A DNA stretch of 64,000 nucleotides from Hyphomicrobium sp. Its GTDB lineage: Bacteria > Pseudomonadota > Alphaproteobacteria > Rhizobiales > Hyphomicrobiaceae. Below, piece by piece: positions 35,866-45,002 of the stretch. Below the pieces are notes generated by a model. The model had not been told where the DNA came from. It saw only the letters and a program-made list of their open reading frames with translations, and did no database searches. Numbering within the stretch: the stretch's first letter is position 1; every line of letters starts with the position of its first letter. Location of the stretch: contig JBDTOR010000001.1 of assembly GCA_039933175.1 (NCBI GenBank), forward strand, positions 16,420-80,419, in the 5' to 3' direction. Position numbers and translations under genes: made by a program.

Positions 35866-37593
35866 ATGATCCGTTTCCGCCGGCTTTTCGAACTCGTCTC
35901 CGAGATTGACCGGCGCCGCTTTGCCGAAGCCAGCGACCTTTTCCGGGCTGCGTTTCCCCACGAGGCCGATGCGATCGACCGGATCGCCCACATGCTGCTC
36001 AATCGGAGGAAACTCGGCTTCGACCCGATCCTGTTGCTCTCCACCGACGCGCGCGACCGCATCACGGGACTCGCCTTCGTCTATTACTTCTCCGACCTCG
36101 ACTATGGCTACCTGCAGTACTTCGCCAGCGACCCGCGCAAACCGGCGCGGGGCATCGGCGTGGCGCTTTACGAGGCGTTGCGTGAGCTGCTCTCTGCCCG
36201 CGGCGCGCGCGGGCTGTTCCTCGACGTACCACCTGTCGAACCAGACAAGCTCAAGGACCGCTCGCGTCTAGCGATCAACCGTAAGCGGCTACGCTTTTAC
36301 GCACGCTACGATGTGCAGAAGGTCGTCAACACGCTGTGGGATATCGAGGCCAATCCTCGCAACGACGGCTACCTGACCACCCTGCTCTATGACCCGCTGG
36401 GCCGCAAACCGCACCTGTCGCAGCGCGATGCCCGTGTCGTCATACGCAACATCCTCGTCGACCAGTACGCCTTCGAGCACGACGACCCGTTCGTCATGCG
36501 GATCGTCCGCTCGTTCACCGACAACCCGGTTAAGCTCGAAGCGCTCGGCCCGCAGCCCGAGCGCGCCGTCCCGACGCGCGCCAAGTATCTCTTGCCGATC
36601 AAGATGGTGGTCTCCGAACGCCACATGATCCACCACCTGCGCGAGAAGGGCTACGTCGAGCGCCCGGTGCGCGTCACGGCCATCCTCAAGGGCCTCGAGG
36701 GTCTGCCGATCGAGCGGGTGCCCACGCGCCATTTCGGCGAGGACAACCTGACCGCCGTGCATACGCCGGCCCTGGTCGGCTACCTCAAGGCCATGAGCCA
36801 GCGGCTCGATGACAAGGCGATTATCTATCCGGAAGTGTTTCCGATCCGCCGTCCCGACCGCGTACCGCGGGCGCTGGAGGATCGCGCCGGCTACTTCTGC
36901 GCCGACACCTTCACGCCACTGACGAAGAACGTCTTTGCCGCCGCGCGCGATGCCGCCAACGTGGCGCTTACCGCCGCCACCGTCATCGCCAACGGCGAGC
37001 GCTTCGCCTACGCCCTATGCCGCCCGCCTGGCCACCATGCCGAGCGACGCATATACGGCGGCTTCTGCTTCCTCAACAATTCGGCGATTGCCGCCAACTA
37101 TCTGTCGAAGCAAGGGACCGTCGCGCTGCTCGACATCGACTATCACCACGGCAATGGCGGCCAGGACATCTTCTACGCACGCGATGACGTGCTGACCGTC
37201 TCGATCCACGGCCACCCCAGCCACGCCTATCCAAATTTTTCCGGCTACAGCGACGAGCGCGGCGAAGGGGCAGGGCTCGGCTTCAATCACAACTTCCCGA
37301 CCGAGCCGCCGGTCAATGATGAGCGCTATCTGACACTGCTCGACAAGGCGCTTGGCGTCGTGCGTGCCTTCAAGCCGCGCTATCTGGTGCTGTCGATCGG
37401 CTTCGACATCATGCGCGGCGACCCGACCGGCTCGTTCGCCGTGACCAACCAGGGCATGCAGCGCGTCGGCAAGCGTATTGGCCGCTTCGGCATCCCTACC
37501 CTCATCGTTCAAGAGGGCGGCTACTCGCTCGGCAACCTGCGCGCCGGCGCTCACGCCTTTTTCAGCGGTATCATCGACGCCTGGCACGGCTGA
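35866..37593 (+). CDS. GNAT acetyltransferase / histone-deacetylase-family (acetylpolyamine amidohydrolase-like) fusion protein
   Basis: N-terminal GNAT motif A (YLQYFASDPRKPARGIGVALY); C-terminal HDAC motifs RPPGHHA, GGFCFLNN, DIDYHHGNG, GFD, QEGGY. Confidence 0.85.
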   Translation: MIRFRRLFELVSEIDRRRFAEASDLFRAAFPHEADAIDRIAHMLLNRRKLGFDPILLLSTDARDRITGLAFVYYFSDLDYGYLQYFASDPRKPARGIGVALYEALRELLSARGARGLFLDVPPVEPDKLKDRSRLAINRKRLRFYARYDVQKVVNTLWDIEANPRNDGYLTTLLYDPLGRKPHLSQRDARVVIRNILVDQYAFEHDDPFVMRIVRSFTDNPVKLEALGPQPERAVPTRAKYLLPIKMVVSERHMIHHLREKGYVERPVRVTAILKGLEGLPIERVPTRHFGEDNLTAVHTPALVGYLKAMSQRLDDKAIIYPEVFPIRRPDRVPRALEDRAGYFCADTFTPLTKNVFAAARDAANVALTAATVIANGERFAYALCRPPGHHAERRIYGGFCFLNNSAIAANYLSKQGTVALLDIDYHHGNGGQDIFYARDDVLTVSIHGHPSHAYPNFSGYSDERGEGAGLGFNHNFPTEPPVNDERYLTLLDKALGVVRAFKPRYLVLSIGFDIMRGDPTGSFAVTNQGMQRVGKRIGRFGIPTLIVQEGGYSLGNLRAGAHAFFSGIIDAWHG

Positions 37594-37608
37594 CGTTCAG
37601 CCAGACCG

Positions 37609-37908
37609 TCATGGTTCCGGAGAGAGGGGCGCCGGTGGCTTACCGCCCGCGCCGTGCAGGACCGTCATGGTGATATACGCGCCGATCCACGATCCGATTG
37701 CCGCGAAGATCACATACACCCAGTTGTTGGTGTAGCTGATCACCGCGAACGAGGAGAGCGTGTACCAGAGGCTACTCCAGTTGGCGGCGGCGACGCGTTT
37801 GCGCGCGATGACCGAGTTGGTGAACATCACGTAGACCGCGTCGGTCAGCGCGGTGGCGACGACGACGCCCACCGCCAGCCAGATGTCGATGTTATGGATA
37901 CTTTGCAC
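37609..37908 (-). CDS. Small multi-pass membrane protein (99 aa)
   Basis: About 3 hydrophobic segments; host-like codon usage; GTG start. Confidence 0.6.
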   Translation of the reverse strand: MQSIHNIDIWLAVGVVVATALTDAVYVMFTNSVIARKRVAAANWSSLWYTLSSFAVISYTNNWVYVIFAAIGSWIGAYITMTVLHGAGGKPPAPLSPEP

Positions 37909-38009
37909 GGCACGAGCCCTCGGCGACCGGCGCCTCGTCGCGCCGCCGGCAGGCTAGCCCGTCACACTTAAGGAACCGCGTAAGCTGCGTCGCTCTTTCC
38001 ACGGCAACA

Positions 38010-38167
38010 CCGTCATCCCGGCGCAGGCCGGGACCCACGCCAGCTTCAGCACGCGGCTTTAGTAGAGAACAATCTCGGCAGCGCAGCAGGCATCGCACTC
38101 TCTCTACGCATCGTCGCGGTCGCAACACGGAGACTTGCATGGATCCCGCCCTGCGCCGGGATGACGG
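38010..38167. repeat. REP/REPIN-like palindromic element
   Basis: Perfect 18-bp terminal IR CCGTCATCCCGGCGCAGG (38010-38027) / CCTGCGCCGGGATGACGG (38150-38167), extending imperfectly inward. Confidence 0.85.
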
Positions 38168-38189
38168 ATAGACGAAATTGGCCCCACAC

Positions 38190-39254
38190 CTACTTGAAGT
38201 GCTTGGAGAGCTTGAGGCCCTGCGCCTGATAATGCGAGGGGAGGTCGCGGCCATACAGCAACTCGGGCGTGTCGGTGAGCTGCTCGTACACCAAACGGCC
38301 GATCGTCTGCCCGTCCTCCAGCATGAACGGCACGTTGTGCGAGCGGACCTCCAGCACGGCCCTGGAACCGGCACCGCCAGCTTCGGCATGACCGAAGCCA
38401 GGGTCGAAGAAACCCGCATAGTGCACGCGAAACTCGCCGACCAGCGGATTGAACGGCACCATTTCTGCGGCCTGGGTCGGGGGTACCTGGACTGCTTCCT
38501 TGGAGGCGAGGATATAGAACTGGTCCGGGTCGAGGATCAGCCGCTTCTTGCCGCGCACATAAATCGGTTCCCAGAAGTCGAGCATGGCGCATGCGCCAAC
38601 CGCGTCGACATCGACGAGCCCCGTATGGCGCTTGCCGCGGTAGCCGACGAGGCCATCCTTGTCGCCCGCAAGATCGATCGACAGCGGAATGTCCTGCACC
38701 GGCTTGGCTTCGGGACCGCCGGCGCGGAAGCGGATCTGCGACAGGCGCGATCCCTTGCGCACCACGACGGGGAAGGTCTGCGGGCAAATCTCGGCGTACA
38801 GGGGGCCTTCATATCCGGCCGGGATCTGATCGAAGGACGAGACGCCATCGGCGATGACGCGCGTGAAGACATCAAGCCGCCCAGTAGAACTCTTGGGGTT
38901 GGTCGCCGCGCACAGACCGTCGGGCAATGACAGGCCTTCGAGCAGCGGCGCGACGTACACGCAGCCCGTCTCCAGTACCGCACCCTGAGATAGCGAGATG
39001 GAATGCAACTGCAGATCGTCGAGCTTGGCCGTGACGCGCTCGCCGCGCCCGGGCAGGAAGCTGGCCCGCACCCGGTAAGCGACGTTGCCGAGGCGCAGAT
39101 CAAGGCTGGCCGGCTGCAGCTGGTTGGGCAGCAGCGGTTCGGCGAGCTTCACCACCTCTTCGACAATGAGCTCGCGGATCGCCTGCGAGGGCAGGATACC
39201 CTCGACGGGCGCCTTGGGCGCGGCCTTCGCAGCTTTGACCTCGGGCTTAGCCAT
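38190..39254 (-). CDS. dcd: 2'-deoxycytidine 5'-triphosphate deaminase (alphaproteobacterial DCD type)
   Basis: QPASLDLRLG, NPKSSTGRLDVFTR, GEFRVHYAGFFDPGFG, YQAQGLKLSKHF. Confidence 0.92.
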   Translation of the reverse strand: MAKPEVKAAKAAPKAPVEGILPSQAIRELIVEEVVKLAEPLLPNQLQPASLDLRLGNVAYRVRASFLPGRGERVTAKLDDLQLHSISLSQGAVLETGCVYVAPLLEGLSLPDGLCAATNPKSSTGRLDVFTRVIADGVSSFDQIPAGYEGPLYAEICPQTFPVVVRKGSRLSQIRFRAGGPEAKPVQDIPLSIDLAGDKDGLVGYRGKRHTGLVDVDAVGACAMLDFWEPIYVRGKKRLILDPDQFYILASKEAVQVPPTQAAEMVPFNPLVGEFRVHYAGFFDPGFGHAEAGGAGSRAVLEVRSHNVPFMLEDGQTIGRLVYEQLTDTPELLYGRDLPSHYQAQGLKLSKHFK

Positions 39255-39309
39255 CGTCGTTAAATCCTTGCCGGCAAGCGCAGCTTTGTCGCTCTAGAGC
39301 AAGCGGGCC

Positions 39310-39337
39310 TTGACGCCAAGCGCGATGCGGGAGTAAT
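39310..39337 (+). promoter_or_regulatory. Putative sigma70 promoter of the metZ leader
   Basis: TTGACG-N16-AGTAAT just upstream of the riboswitch. Confidence 0.4.
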
Positions 39338-39352
39338 CCCCCAAACACACTT

Positions 39353-39406
39353 CGTGGTCATTTGGCCGGCCGGCTTGCAGCCACGTAAAACAACTCGCTA
39401 AAAGGG
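39353..39406 (+). ncRNA. SAM-II (SAM-alpha) riboswitch
   Basis: CGTGGTCATTTGGCCGGCCGGCTTGCAGCCACGTAAAACAACTCGCTAAAAGGG matches the SAM-alpha pattern (GUGG..AUUUG..CCG....UUGC.GCCAC..AAACAA..CGCUAAAG); upstream of metZ. Confidence 0.9.
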
Positions 39407-39502
39407 CCGTGCGCACCCAGAGCTTTAGCGCGGCTATTTTACGAGCGGTGCCTTGCCCGCCGGCCGGGTTTTACTTGGGCCAACGAGCCCGCAGGAGCGC
39501 GC

Positions 39503-40714
39503 ATGGCGAGCAACGACGACCGAGCGGCAACCCCCAAGAAGTGGGCACCCGAAACGCAGCTCGTGCATGGCGGATCGCTGCGCTCGCAGTTCGGCGAAAC
39601 GTCCGAGGCGATGTTCCTGACGCAGGGGTTTGTCTACGCCAGCGCCGAGCAGGCCGAGGCACGCTTCAAGAACGAGGACCCGGGCTTCCAGTACAGCCGC
39701 TTCGGCAACCCGACCGTCGCCATGTTCGAAGAACGCGTGCGCCTGCTCGAGGGCGCCGAGGAGGCCCGCGCCGCGGCGAGTGGCATGGCCGCCGTGAACG
39801 GCGCCGTCATGTCGTACCTCAAGGCCGGCGACCACATCGTCTCTGGCCGTGCGCTGTTCGGTGCCTGCCGCTACATCGTCGAGACGCTGACCCAGCGGTA
39901 CGGCATCGGCTGCACGCTCGTCGATGGTCGCGACCTCGACGGTTGGAAAAAGGCCGTCCGCCCAAACACGAAGATGTTCTTCTTCGAGACGCCGTCAAAC
40001 CCGACGCTGGAGCTGGTGGATATCGCCGCCGTCTCCAAGATCGCGCATGCGGCTGGCGCTCTCGTCGTCGTCGACAACGTTTTCGCGACGCCGCTTTTCC
40101 AGCGCCCGTTGAAGCACGGCGCCGATATCGTCGTCTATTCCGCAACCAAGCACATCGACGGACAGGGCCGCTGCCTCGGCGGCGCGGTGCTCGGGTCGCA
40201 TGACTACGTCAACAATCACCTGCAGGAATACCTGCGCCAGACCGGCCCGACCATGAGCCCGTTCAACGCCTGGGTCATGCTCAAGGGCCTGGAGACAATG
40301 CCGGTGCGCGTCAAGGCGCAGACGGCGACGGCAGCGAAACTCGCCGATCATCTCGCCGGCCAGTCGAACGTCACCCGCGTACTGTACTGTGGGCGCGCCG
40401 ACCATCCGCAAGCCGATATCGTCAAGCGGCAGATGACGGGCGGCGGCCAGATGATCGCGTTTGAAGTGAAGGGCGGCAAGGCGGGCGCCTTCGCCCTGCA
40501 GGACGCGCTTGGCCTCATCAAGATTTCCAACAACCTCGGCGACGCCAAATCGCTTATCACCCATCCGGCGACGACGACGCATCACCGGATCGGCCCGGAG
40601 GCGCGCGCCGAGCTGGGCATCAGCGATGGGCTGTTGCGGCTGTCGGTCGGCCTCGAAGCGTTCGAGGATCTGGCCGCCGATCTCGATACGGGGCTTGCCG
40701 CAGTTCGCGGTTAA
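39503..40714 (+). CDS. metZ: O-succinylhomoserine sulfhydrylase
   Basis: RSQFGETSEA, YSRFGNPT, ETPSNP, VDNVFATP, YSATKHIDGQGR, NNLGDAKS. Confidence 0.95.
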   Translation: MASNDDRAATPKKWAPETQLVHGGSLRSQFGETSEAMFLTQGFVYASAEQAEARFKNEDPGFQYSRFGNPTVAMFEERVRLLEGAEEARAAASGMAAVNGAVMSYLKAGDHIVSGRALFGACRYIVETLTQRYGIGCTLVDGRDLDGWKKAVRPNTKMFFFETPSNPTLELVDIAAVSKIAHAAGALVVVDNVFATPLFQRPLKHGADIVVYSATKHIDGQGRCLGGAVLGSHDYVNNHLQEYLRQTGPTMSPFNAWVMLKGLETMPVRVKAQTATAAKLADHLAGQSNVTRVLYCGRADHPQADIVKRQMTGGGQMIAFEVKGGKAGAFALQDALGLIKISNNLGDAKSLITHPATTTHHRIGPEARAELGISDGLLRLSVGLEAFEDLAADLDTGLAAVRG

Positions 40715-40795
40715 TCACCCCCTCGGCCGACGTTGACCCGGCGCGCGCCGGGCTTAGAATCGCGTGGTTGCGCCGCGTCGACGGCGCATGGAGCA

Positions 40796-40869
40796 TAGTG
40801 TGATGATCGAGAAATTCGCTAACGTCAGCGGCGAGGTATCGAGCGAATTTCTCGATCTGAATCACACTA
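40796..40869. repeat. TAGTG...CACTA(G) palindromic miniature element, copy 1
   Basis: Arms TAGTGTGAT+GATCGAGAAATTCGCT / AGCGAATTTCTCGATC+(TGA bulge)+ATCACACTA. Confidence 0.75.
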
Positions 40870-40883
40870 GGGAACCTAGGCTT

Positions 40884-40961
40884 CTAGTGCCCCCTATGAT
40901 TCCGAAGTTCGCTCCCCGTCCCGGCCGCAATCTGTGGCGAACTTCGGAATCGGGGCACTAG
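40884..40961. repeat. CTAGTG...CACTAG palindromic miniature element, copy 2
   Basis: Arms CTAGTGCCCC+(4-nt bulge)+GATTCCGAAGTTCGC / GCGAACTTCGGAATC+GGGGCACTAG. Confidence 0.75.
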
Positions 40962-40965
40962 GCGC

Positions 40966-41358
40966 ATGTACGAAGCTGTGACCCGCGGCATCCGCATCCG
41001 CGTCACCCCTCAATACCTGGAGGACCAGTCGTCCCCGGAGGAGAGTGAGTTCTTTTGGGCCTACACCATCGATATCGCCAACGAGAGCGAAGAGACGGTG
41101 CAGCTGCGCTCGCGCGTGTGGCAGATCACCGACGGCATCGGCCAGACGCAGGAGGTGCGCGGGCCGGGCGTCGTCGGCGAAACGCCGGTGATCCAGCCGG
41201 GCTCGTCATTCAGCTACACGTCGGGGTGCCCGCTGCGCACACCGTCGGGCATCATGGTCGGCAGCTATCAGATGACGGACGCCAAGGGCGAATTGTTCGA
41301 CGTCGCCATTCCGGCCTTCTCGCTCGACAGCCCATTCGTCGTGCGCAGCATGAACTAG
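40966..41358 (+). CDS. apaG: ApaG protein
   Basis: FWAYTIDI, VQLRSR.W.ITD, VRGPGVVGE.P, YTSGCPL.TPSG.M.GSY, IPAFSLDSP. Confidence 0.95.
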   Translation: MYEAVTRGIRIRVTPQYLEDQSSPEESEFFWAYTIDIANESEETVQLRSRVWQITDGIGQTQEVRGPGVVGETPVIQPGSSFSYTSGCPLRTPSGIMVGSYQMTDAKGELFDVAIPAFSLDSPFVVRSMN

Positions 41359-41368
41359 CGAGCGCCCC

Positions 41369-42544
41369 ATGAAGGGTCCGGCCTACTCCACAACGGAGCT
41401 GCTGGCGCGGCTCGTCAGCTTCGATACGACGAGCCACAAGTCCAACTTGGCGCTCATCCGTTTCGTCGAGGACTACCTTCTGCAGCACGGCGTGGTCAGC
41501 CAGATCGTTCCAACCGCCGATGGGGAGAAGGCGAGCCTCTATGCCACCGTCGGCTCAATCGGGGTCGGCGGCGTCGCGCTCTCCGGCCACACCGACGTCG
41601 TTCCGGTGGTGGGCCAGCGGTGGACGTCGGACCCGTTCGTCGTCACCGAGCGCGACGGGAAGCTCTACGGCCGCGGCACCGCCGACATGAAGGGTTTCCT
41701 CGCCTGCGTGCTCGCCGCCGTGCCCGATTACATGCAGCGCCAGCTGGCCGTGCCCGTCCACCTCGCCTTCTCCTACGACGAGGAGATCGGCTGCCTCGGC
41801 GTGCGCCCGATGATCGCCGAGTTCGGCGGCCGTCTCGTCAAGCCGCGCATGGTGCTGGTCGGCGAGCCGACGATGATGAGCGTCGTCGACTCGCACAAAG
41901 GGCCCGTGCGCTGGCACATCGAGATCAAGGGCCGCGCCGCGCATTCGAGCATGGCGCCGCTGGGCGTCAACGCCATCGCCGTCGCCGGGAAGCTGCTGCG
42001 CGAACTGGCCGATATCGAACACGAGTTGAAACTGCGCCCGCAGGCTCCGCGCTTCGATCCGCCTTACGCCACGCTGCAGGTGACGCGCATCGACGGCGGC
42101 ACGGCGACCAATATCGTGCCCGTCTCGTGTAGCTTAGACTTCGACGTGCGCGCCGTACCTGGCGTCGACATCGCCGCCATCGACCGGCGCATCCGCACCT
42201 TCGCCGCCAACGTCTGCCTGCCGGACATGCGCAAAGTCGCCGCCGAGGCCGCGATCGACATTGCCATCGCCAACCAGGTGCCGCCGTTCTCGGCCGGTGC
42301 GAACTCCGAAGTGGTGGCGCTGGCGCTCAACCTCGCCGGCCAGAACGAAACGCACGCGGTCTCCTACGCTACGGAGGCCGGCCTATTCCAGGTTGCCGGC
42401 TCGCCTGCCGTCGTCATCGGTCCCGGCGACATCGCGCAGGCGCACACGGCCGACGAATGGATCGCCGCCGACCAGCTCACGAAGTGCAGTGCATTTCTTG
42501 CGCGACTTGGCGATTGGGCCGAGCACGGTTCAGCCGTTCGCTGA
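41369..42544 (+). CDS. argE: Acetylornithine deacetylase
   Basis: LSGHTDVVP, GRGTADMKG, SYDEEIGC, GEPT, AHSS, TEAG, AHTADE. Confidence 0.9.
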   Translation: MKGPAYSTTELLARLVSFDTTSHKSNLALIRFVEDYLLQHGVVSQIVPTADGEKASLYATVGSIGVGGVALSGHTDVVPVVGQRWTSDPFVVTERDGKLYGRGTADMKGFLACVLAAVPDYMQRQLAVPVHLAFSYDEEIGCLGVRPMIAEFGGRLVKPRMVLVGEPTMMSVVDSHKGPVRWHIEIKGRAAHSSMAPLGVNAIAVAGKLLRELADIEHELKLRPQAPRFDPPYATLQVTRIDGGTATNIVPVSCSLDFDVRAVPGVDIAAIDRRIRTFAANVCLPDMRKVAAEAAIDIAIANQVPPFSAGANSEVVALALNLAGQNETHAVSYATEAGLFQVAGSPAVVIGPGDIAQAHTADEWIAADQLTKCSAFLARLGDWAEHGSAVR

Positions 42545-42655
42545 TTGCCGCATCACATCTTCTTCATCGCGCAGCCCCGCGTTGCCGGGAACTTTCGGCA
42601 CGCGCATCGACTTATGCCCGCGTTGGATTAAGTCGAATGAAAATGGAGGCTCGCT

Positions 42656-43045
42656 GTGAACCGGCCGGAAATTCGCGCAACCGCTTTTAGCGCCTTGTCT
42701 TTGCTTGCATCTCTCGCGCCCGTATCGGCTGCGCAAGAAGAGAGCGAGGACGGAAAAGTCGCCTTCAACAACGCTTGCCGCACCTGCCACTCGTTCAAAG
42801 CCGATGACAATCGGCTAGGTCCGACGCTGCACGGAATCGTCGGCCGCAAGGCCGGCTCGGTAGAGGGATTTGCGTTCTCGCCGGCCATGAAGGGCTCGGG
42901 AGTGACTTGGGATGCAGCCACACTCGACAAATTTATCAGCGATCCCAACCAGGTCGTAAGCGGCAACAAAATGCAGCCGTTTGGCGGCATCGCCGACGCC
43001 GGCGAGCGCAAGAAGATCATCGATTATCTGGGAACGTTGAAGTAG
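42656..43045 (+). CDS. Class I (c2-like) cytochrome c
   Basis: Signal peptide, CRTCH heme motif, GPTLHGIVGRKAG, GNKM axial Met; SD GGAGG. Confidence 0.92.
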   Translation: MNRPEIRATAFSALSLLASLAPVSAAQEESEDGKVAFNNACRTCHSFKADDNRLGPTLHGIVGRKAGSVEGFAFSPAMKGSGVTWDAATLDKFISDPNQVVSGNKMQPFGGIADAGERKKIIDYLGTLK

Positions 43046-43051
43046 GCGCGC

Positions 43052-44023
43052 CTACGCGATTTCGTCCGGGGCGAAGCGGTACGTCTTCGTGCAAAATTCG
43101 CACGTGACGCTGATCGACCCATCGGGCTCGCGCATATCCGTCAGCCCCTTGGCACCGAAAGAGCGCAGGAACCCTTCGACCCGCTCGCGCGAGCAGCGGC
43201 AGTAGGCTTCGATCGAAGCGGCAGGGAAGGCGCGCACGCCTTCCTCGTGAAACAGCCGGTAGAGAAGCCGGTCAGGCGCGAGCGTCGGATCGAGCAGCTC
43301 GTGATCTTCAACCGTCGAGGCGAGGATGCGCGTGCGCTCCCAATCGTCATCCTCTTCGCTGTAGTGCTCGTCGTCACCAAACGCTTCGTCCAACGCCGGC
43401 TCCGTGCCGCCGGTCCGCGCCAGATGCTGGATCATCAGTCCGCCGGCGCGCCATTGCCAGCGCCCGGGCGCGCCTTTCTCGCCGGCGGTGTAGTGGCGGG
43501 CCACGGCGAGACGCACGAATGACGGCAGCTGCTCGGACTGATGGAAATAGGTCAGCGCGGCTTCCCCGAGGCCCTCGCCCGTCAGCGCGACGATTCCCTG
43601 GTAGCGCTCCATATCCTCGCCGGGATCAATCGTGATGGCGAGATGGCCACTGCCGATCAGCTCCCCTTGGGCAATGTCATCGTCGGCGCCGATACGCTTC
43701 TTGTCGTAACGCGCATAGGCGCGCAGCCGACCCGGCGGCTCGTAGCTGACGACGAGAAAGTCCAGCAGGCCGTCGGTCTTGGTTTGCAGCGTCAGCTTTC
43801 CGTCGATTTTCAGAGCCGTGCCGAGCAATGCGGTCAGCGCTACGGCTTCGCCGAGGGTCTGCGACACGGCGTTCGGTGCGGCGTGATGCGAAAGGATCTC
43901 GTCGACGGCCGGGCCAAGGCGCACGAGACGGCCGATGACGCCCGAGCGCACGGTGCGAAACGGCAGCACGATGTCGTCGCTCGGGATCTTCAGCGTGGTC
44001 GTCGTCGTGCCAACATCCGCCAT
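43052..44023 (-). CDS. hslO: Hsp33 redox-regulated chaperone
   Basis: YQGIV, SEQLPS, AGGLMIQ, CRCS and CEFC zinc motifs; start overlaps the argF stop. Confidence 0.93.
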   Translation of the reverse strand: MADVGTTTTTLKIPSDDIVLPFRTVRSGVIGRLVRLGPAVDEILSHHAAPNAVSQTLGEAVALTALLGTALKIDGKLTLQTKTDGLLDFLVVSYEPPGRLRAYARYDKKRIGADDDIAQGELIGSGHLAITIDPGEDMERYQGIVALTGEGLGEAALTYFHQSEQLPSFVRLAVARHYTAGEKGAPGRWQWRAGGLMIQHLARTGGTEPALDEAFGDDEHYSEEDDDWERTRILASTVEDHELLDPTLAPDRLLYRLFHEEGVRAFPAASIEAYCRCSRERVEGFLRSFGAKGLTDMREPDGSISVTCEFCTKTYRFAPDEIA

Positions 44024-44970
44024 CAAGACACTCCGAGGCACCAGGCGAGGATCGCTTTCTGCGCGTGCAAGCGGTTCTCGGCTTCGTCGAATACGACGGA
44101 CTGCGGCCCGTCGATGACGTCCTCGGTGACCTCCTTGCCGCGGTAGGCGGGAAGACAATGCATGAAGATGGCGCCGTCGGCCGCCTTGCTCATCAGCTTG
44201 GCATCGACGCCGTACGGCTCGAGCATCTTCTTGCGCCGCGCCGCATCCGTTTGGCCCATCGACACCCACGTATCGGTGACGACGCAATCGGCCCCGCGTA
44301 CGGCCTTTGCAGCATCGCTCGTGTAGGCGACGGCGCCCTTTTCGCGTTTCACCCAGTCGATCGCTTCCTGCTCGGGACGCAACTCGTCGGGGCACGCAAC
44401 GCGCAGTTCAAACCCGAAACGCACCGCGGCGTGCATCCACGAAACCGCAACGTTGTTCCCATCGCCGACCCAGGCGACAGACCGGCCTTTGATCGGCCCT
44501 TTGTGCTCCTCGAAGGTCATTATGTCGGCCATTACCTGGCACGGATGGCTTTTGTCGGTCAGCCCGTTGATCACCGGGACGGTGGCATACTTGGCGAGGT
44601 CGAGAAGGGTTGCGTGCGAGTTGGCGCGGATCATGATGGCGTCGACATAGCGCGACAGCACACGCGCCGTGTCGGCGATGGACTCGCCACGGCCGAGCTG
44701 CAGATCCGTATTGTTGAGCGACAGCGTCTGCCCGCCCAGCTGGCGCATGGCGACGTCGAACGACACGCGCGTGCGCGTCGACGGCTTCTCGAAAATCATC
44801 GCCAGGGTCGATTCAGCAATGGCCACCGGCTTGAACTTGGCGGGCGTCTTCTTGCCGGCGCGCTTCATGGCGTGCGCCATGTCGATGATGGTGCGCAGCG
44901 TCTTGGGGTCGAGCGCGTCGAGGTCGAGGAAATGCCTCGGTTGCGGAACGGTGCGGGATTTTAGGGCCAT
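44023..44970 (-). CDS. argF: Ornithine carbamoyltransferase
   Basis: [35 protein letters not shown]. Confidence 0.96.
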   Translation of the reverse strand: MALKSRTVPQPRHFLDLDALDPKTLRTIIDMAHAMKRAGKKTPAKFKPVAIAESTLAMIFEKPSTRTRVSFDVAMRQLGGQTLSLNNTDLQLGRGESIADTARVLSRYVDAIMIRANSHATLLDLAKYATVPVINGLTDKSHPCQVMADIMTFEEHKGPIKGRSVAWVGDGNNVAVSWMHAAVRFGFELRVACPDELRPEQEAIDWVKREKGAVAYTSDAAKAVRGADCVVTDTWVSMGQTDAARRKKMLEPYGVDAKLMSKAADGAIFMHCLPAYRGKEVTEDVIDGPQSVVFDEAENRLHAQKAILAWCLGVS

Positions 44971-45002
44971 GGCACTCCGGCCGGCTGAGCTGAAATGAAA
45001 AT

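Noticed and set aside
39409-40203. 264-aa ORF starting just after the SAM-II aptamer, overlapping metZ
   Set aside because: The GTG is only 2 nt from the AAGGG, and the product is an Arg-rich off-frame shadow.
42588-42636. GGAAC motif and 8-bp inverted repeat upstream of the cytochrome c gene
   Set aside because: No convincing CGTT -10 element at ECF spacing; too weak to call.
43052-44395. 447-aa extended Hsp33
   Set aside because: The extension is an alternative frame of argF; the true start at 44023 overlaps the argF stop.
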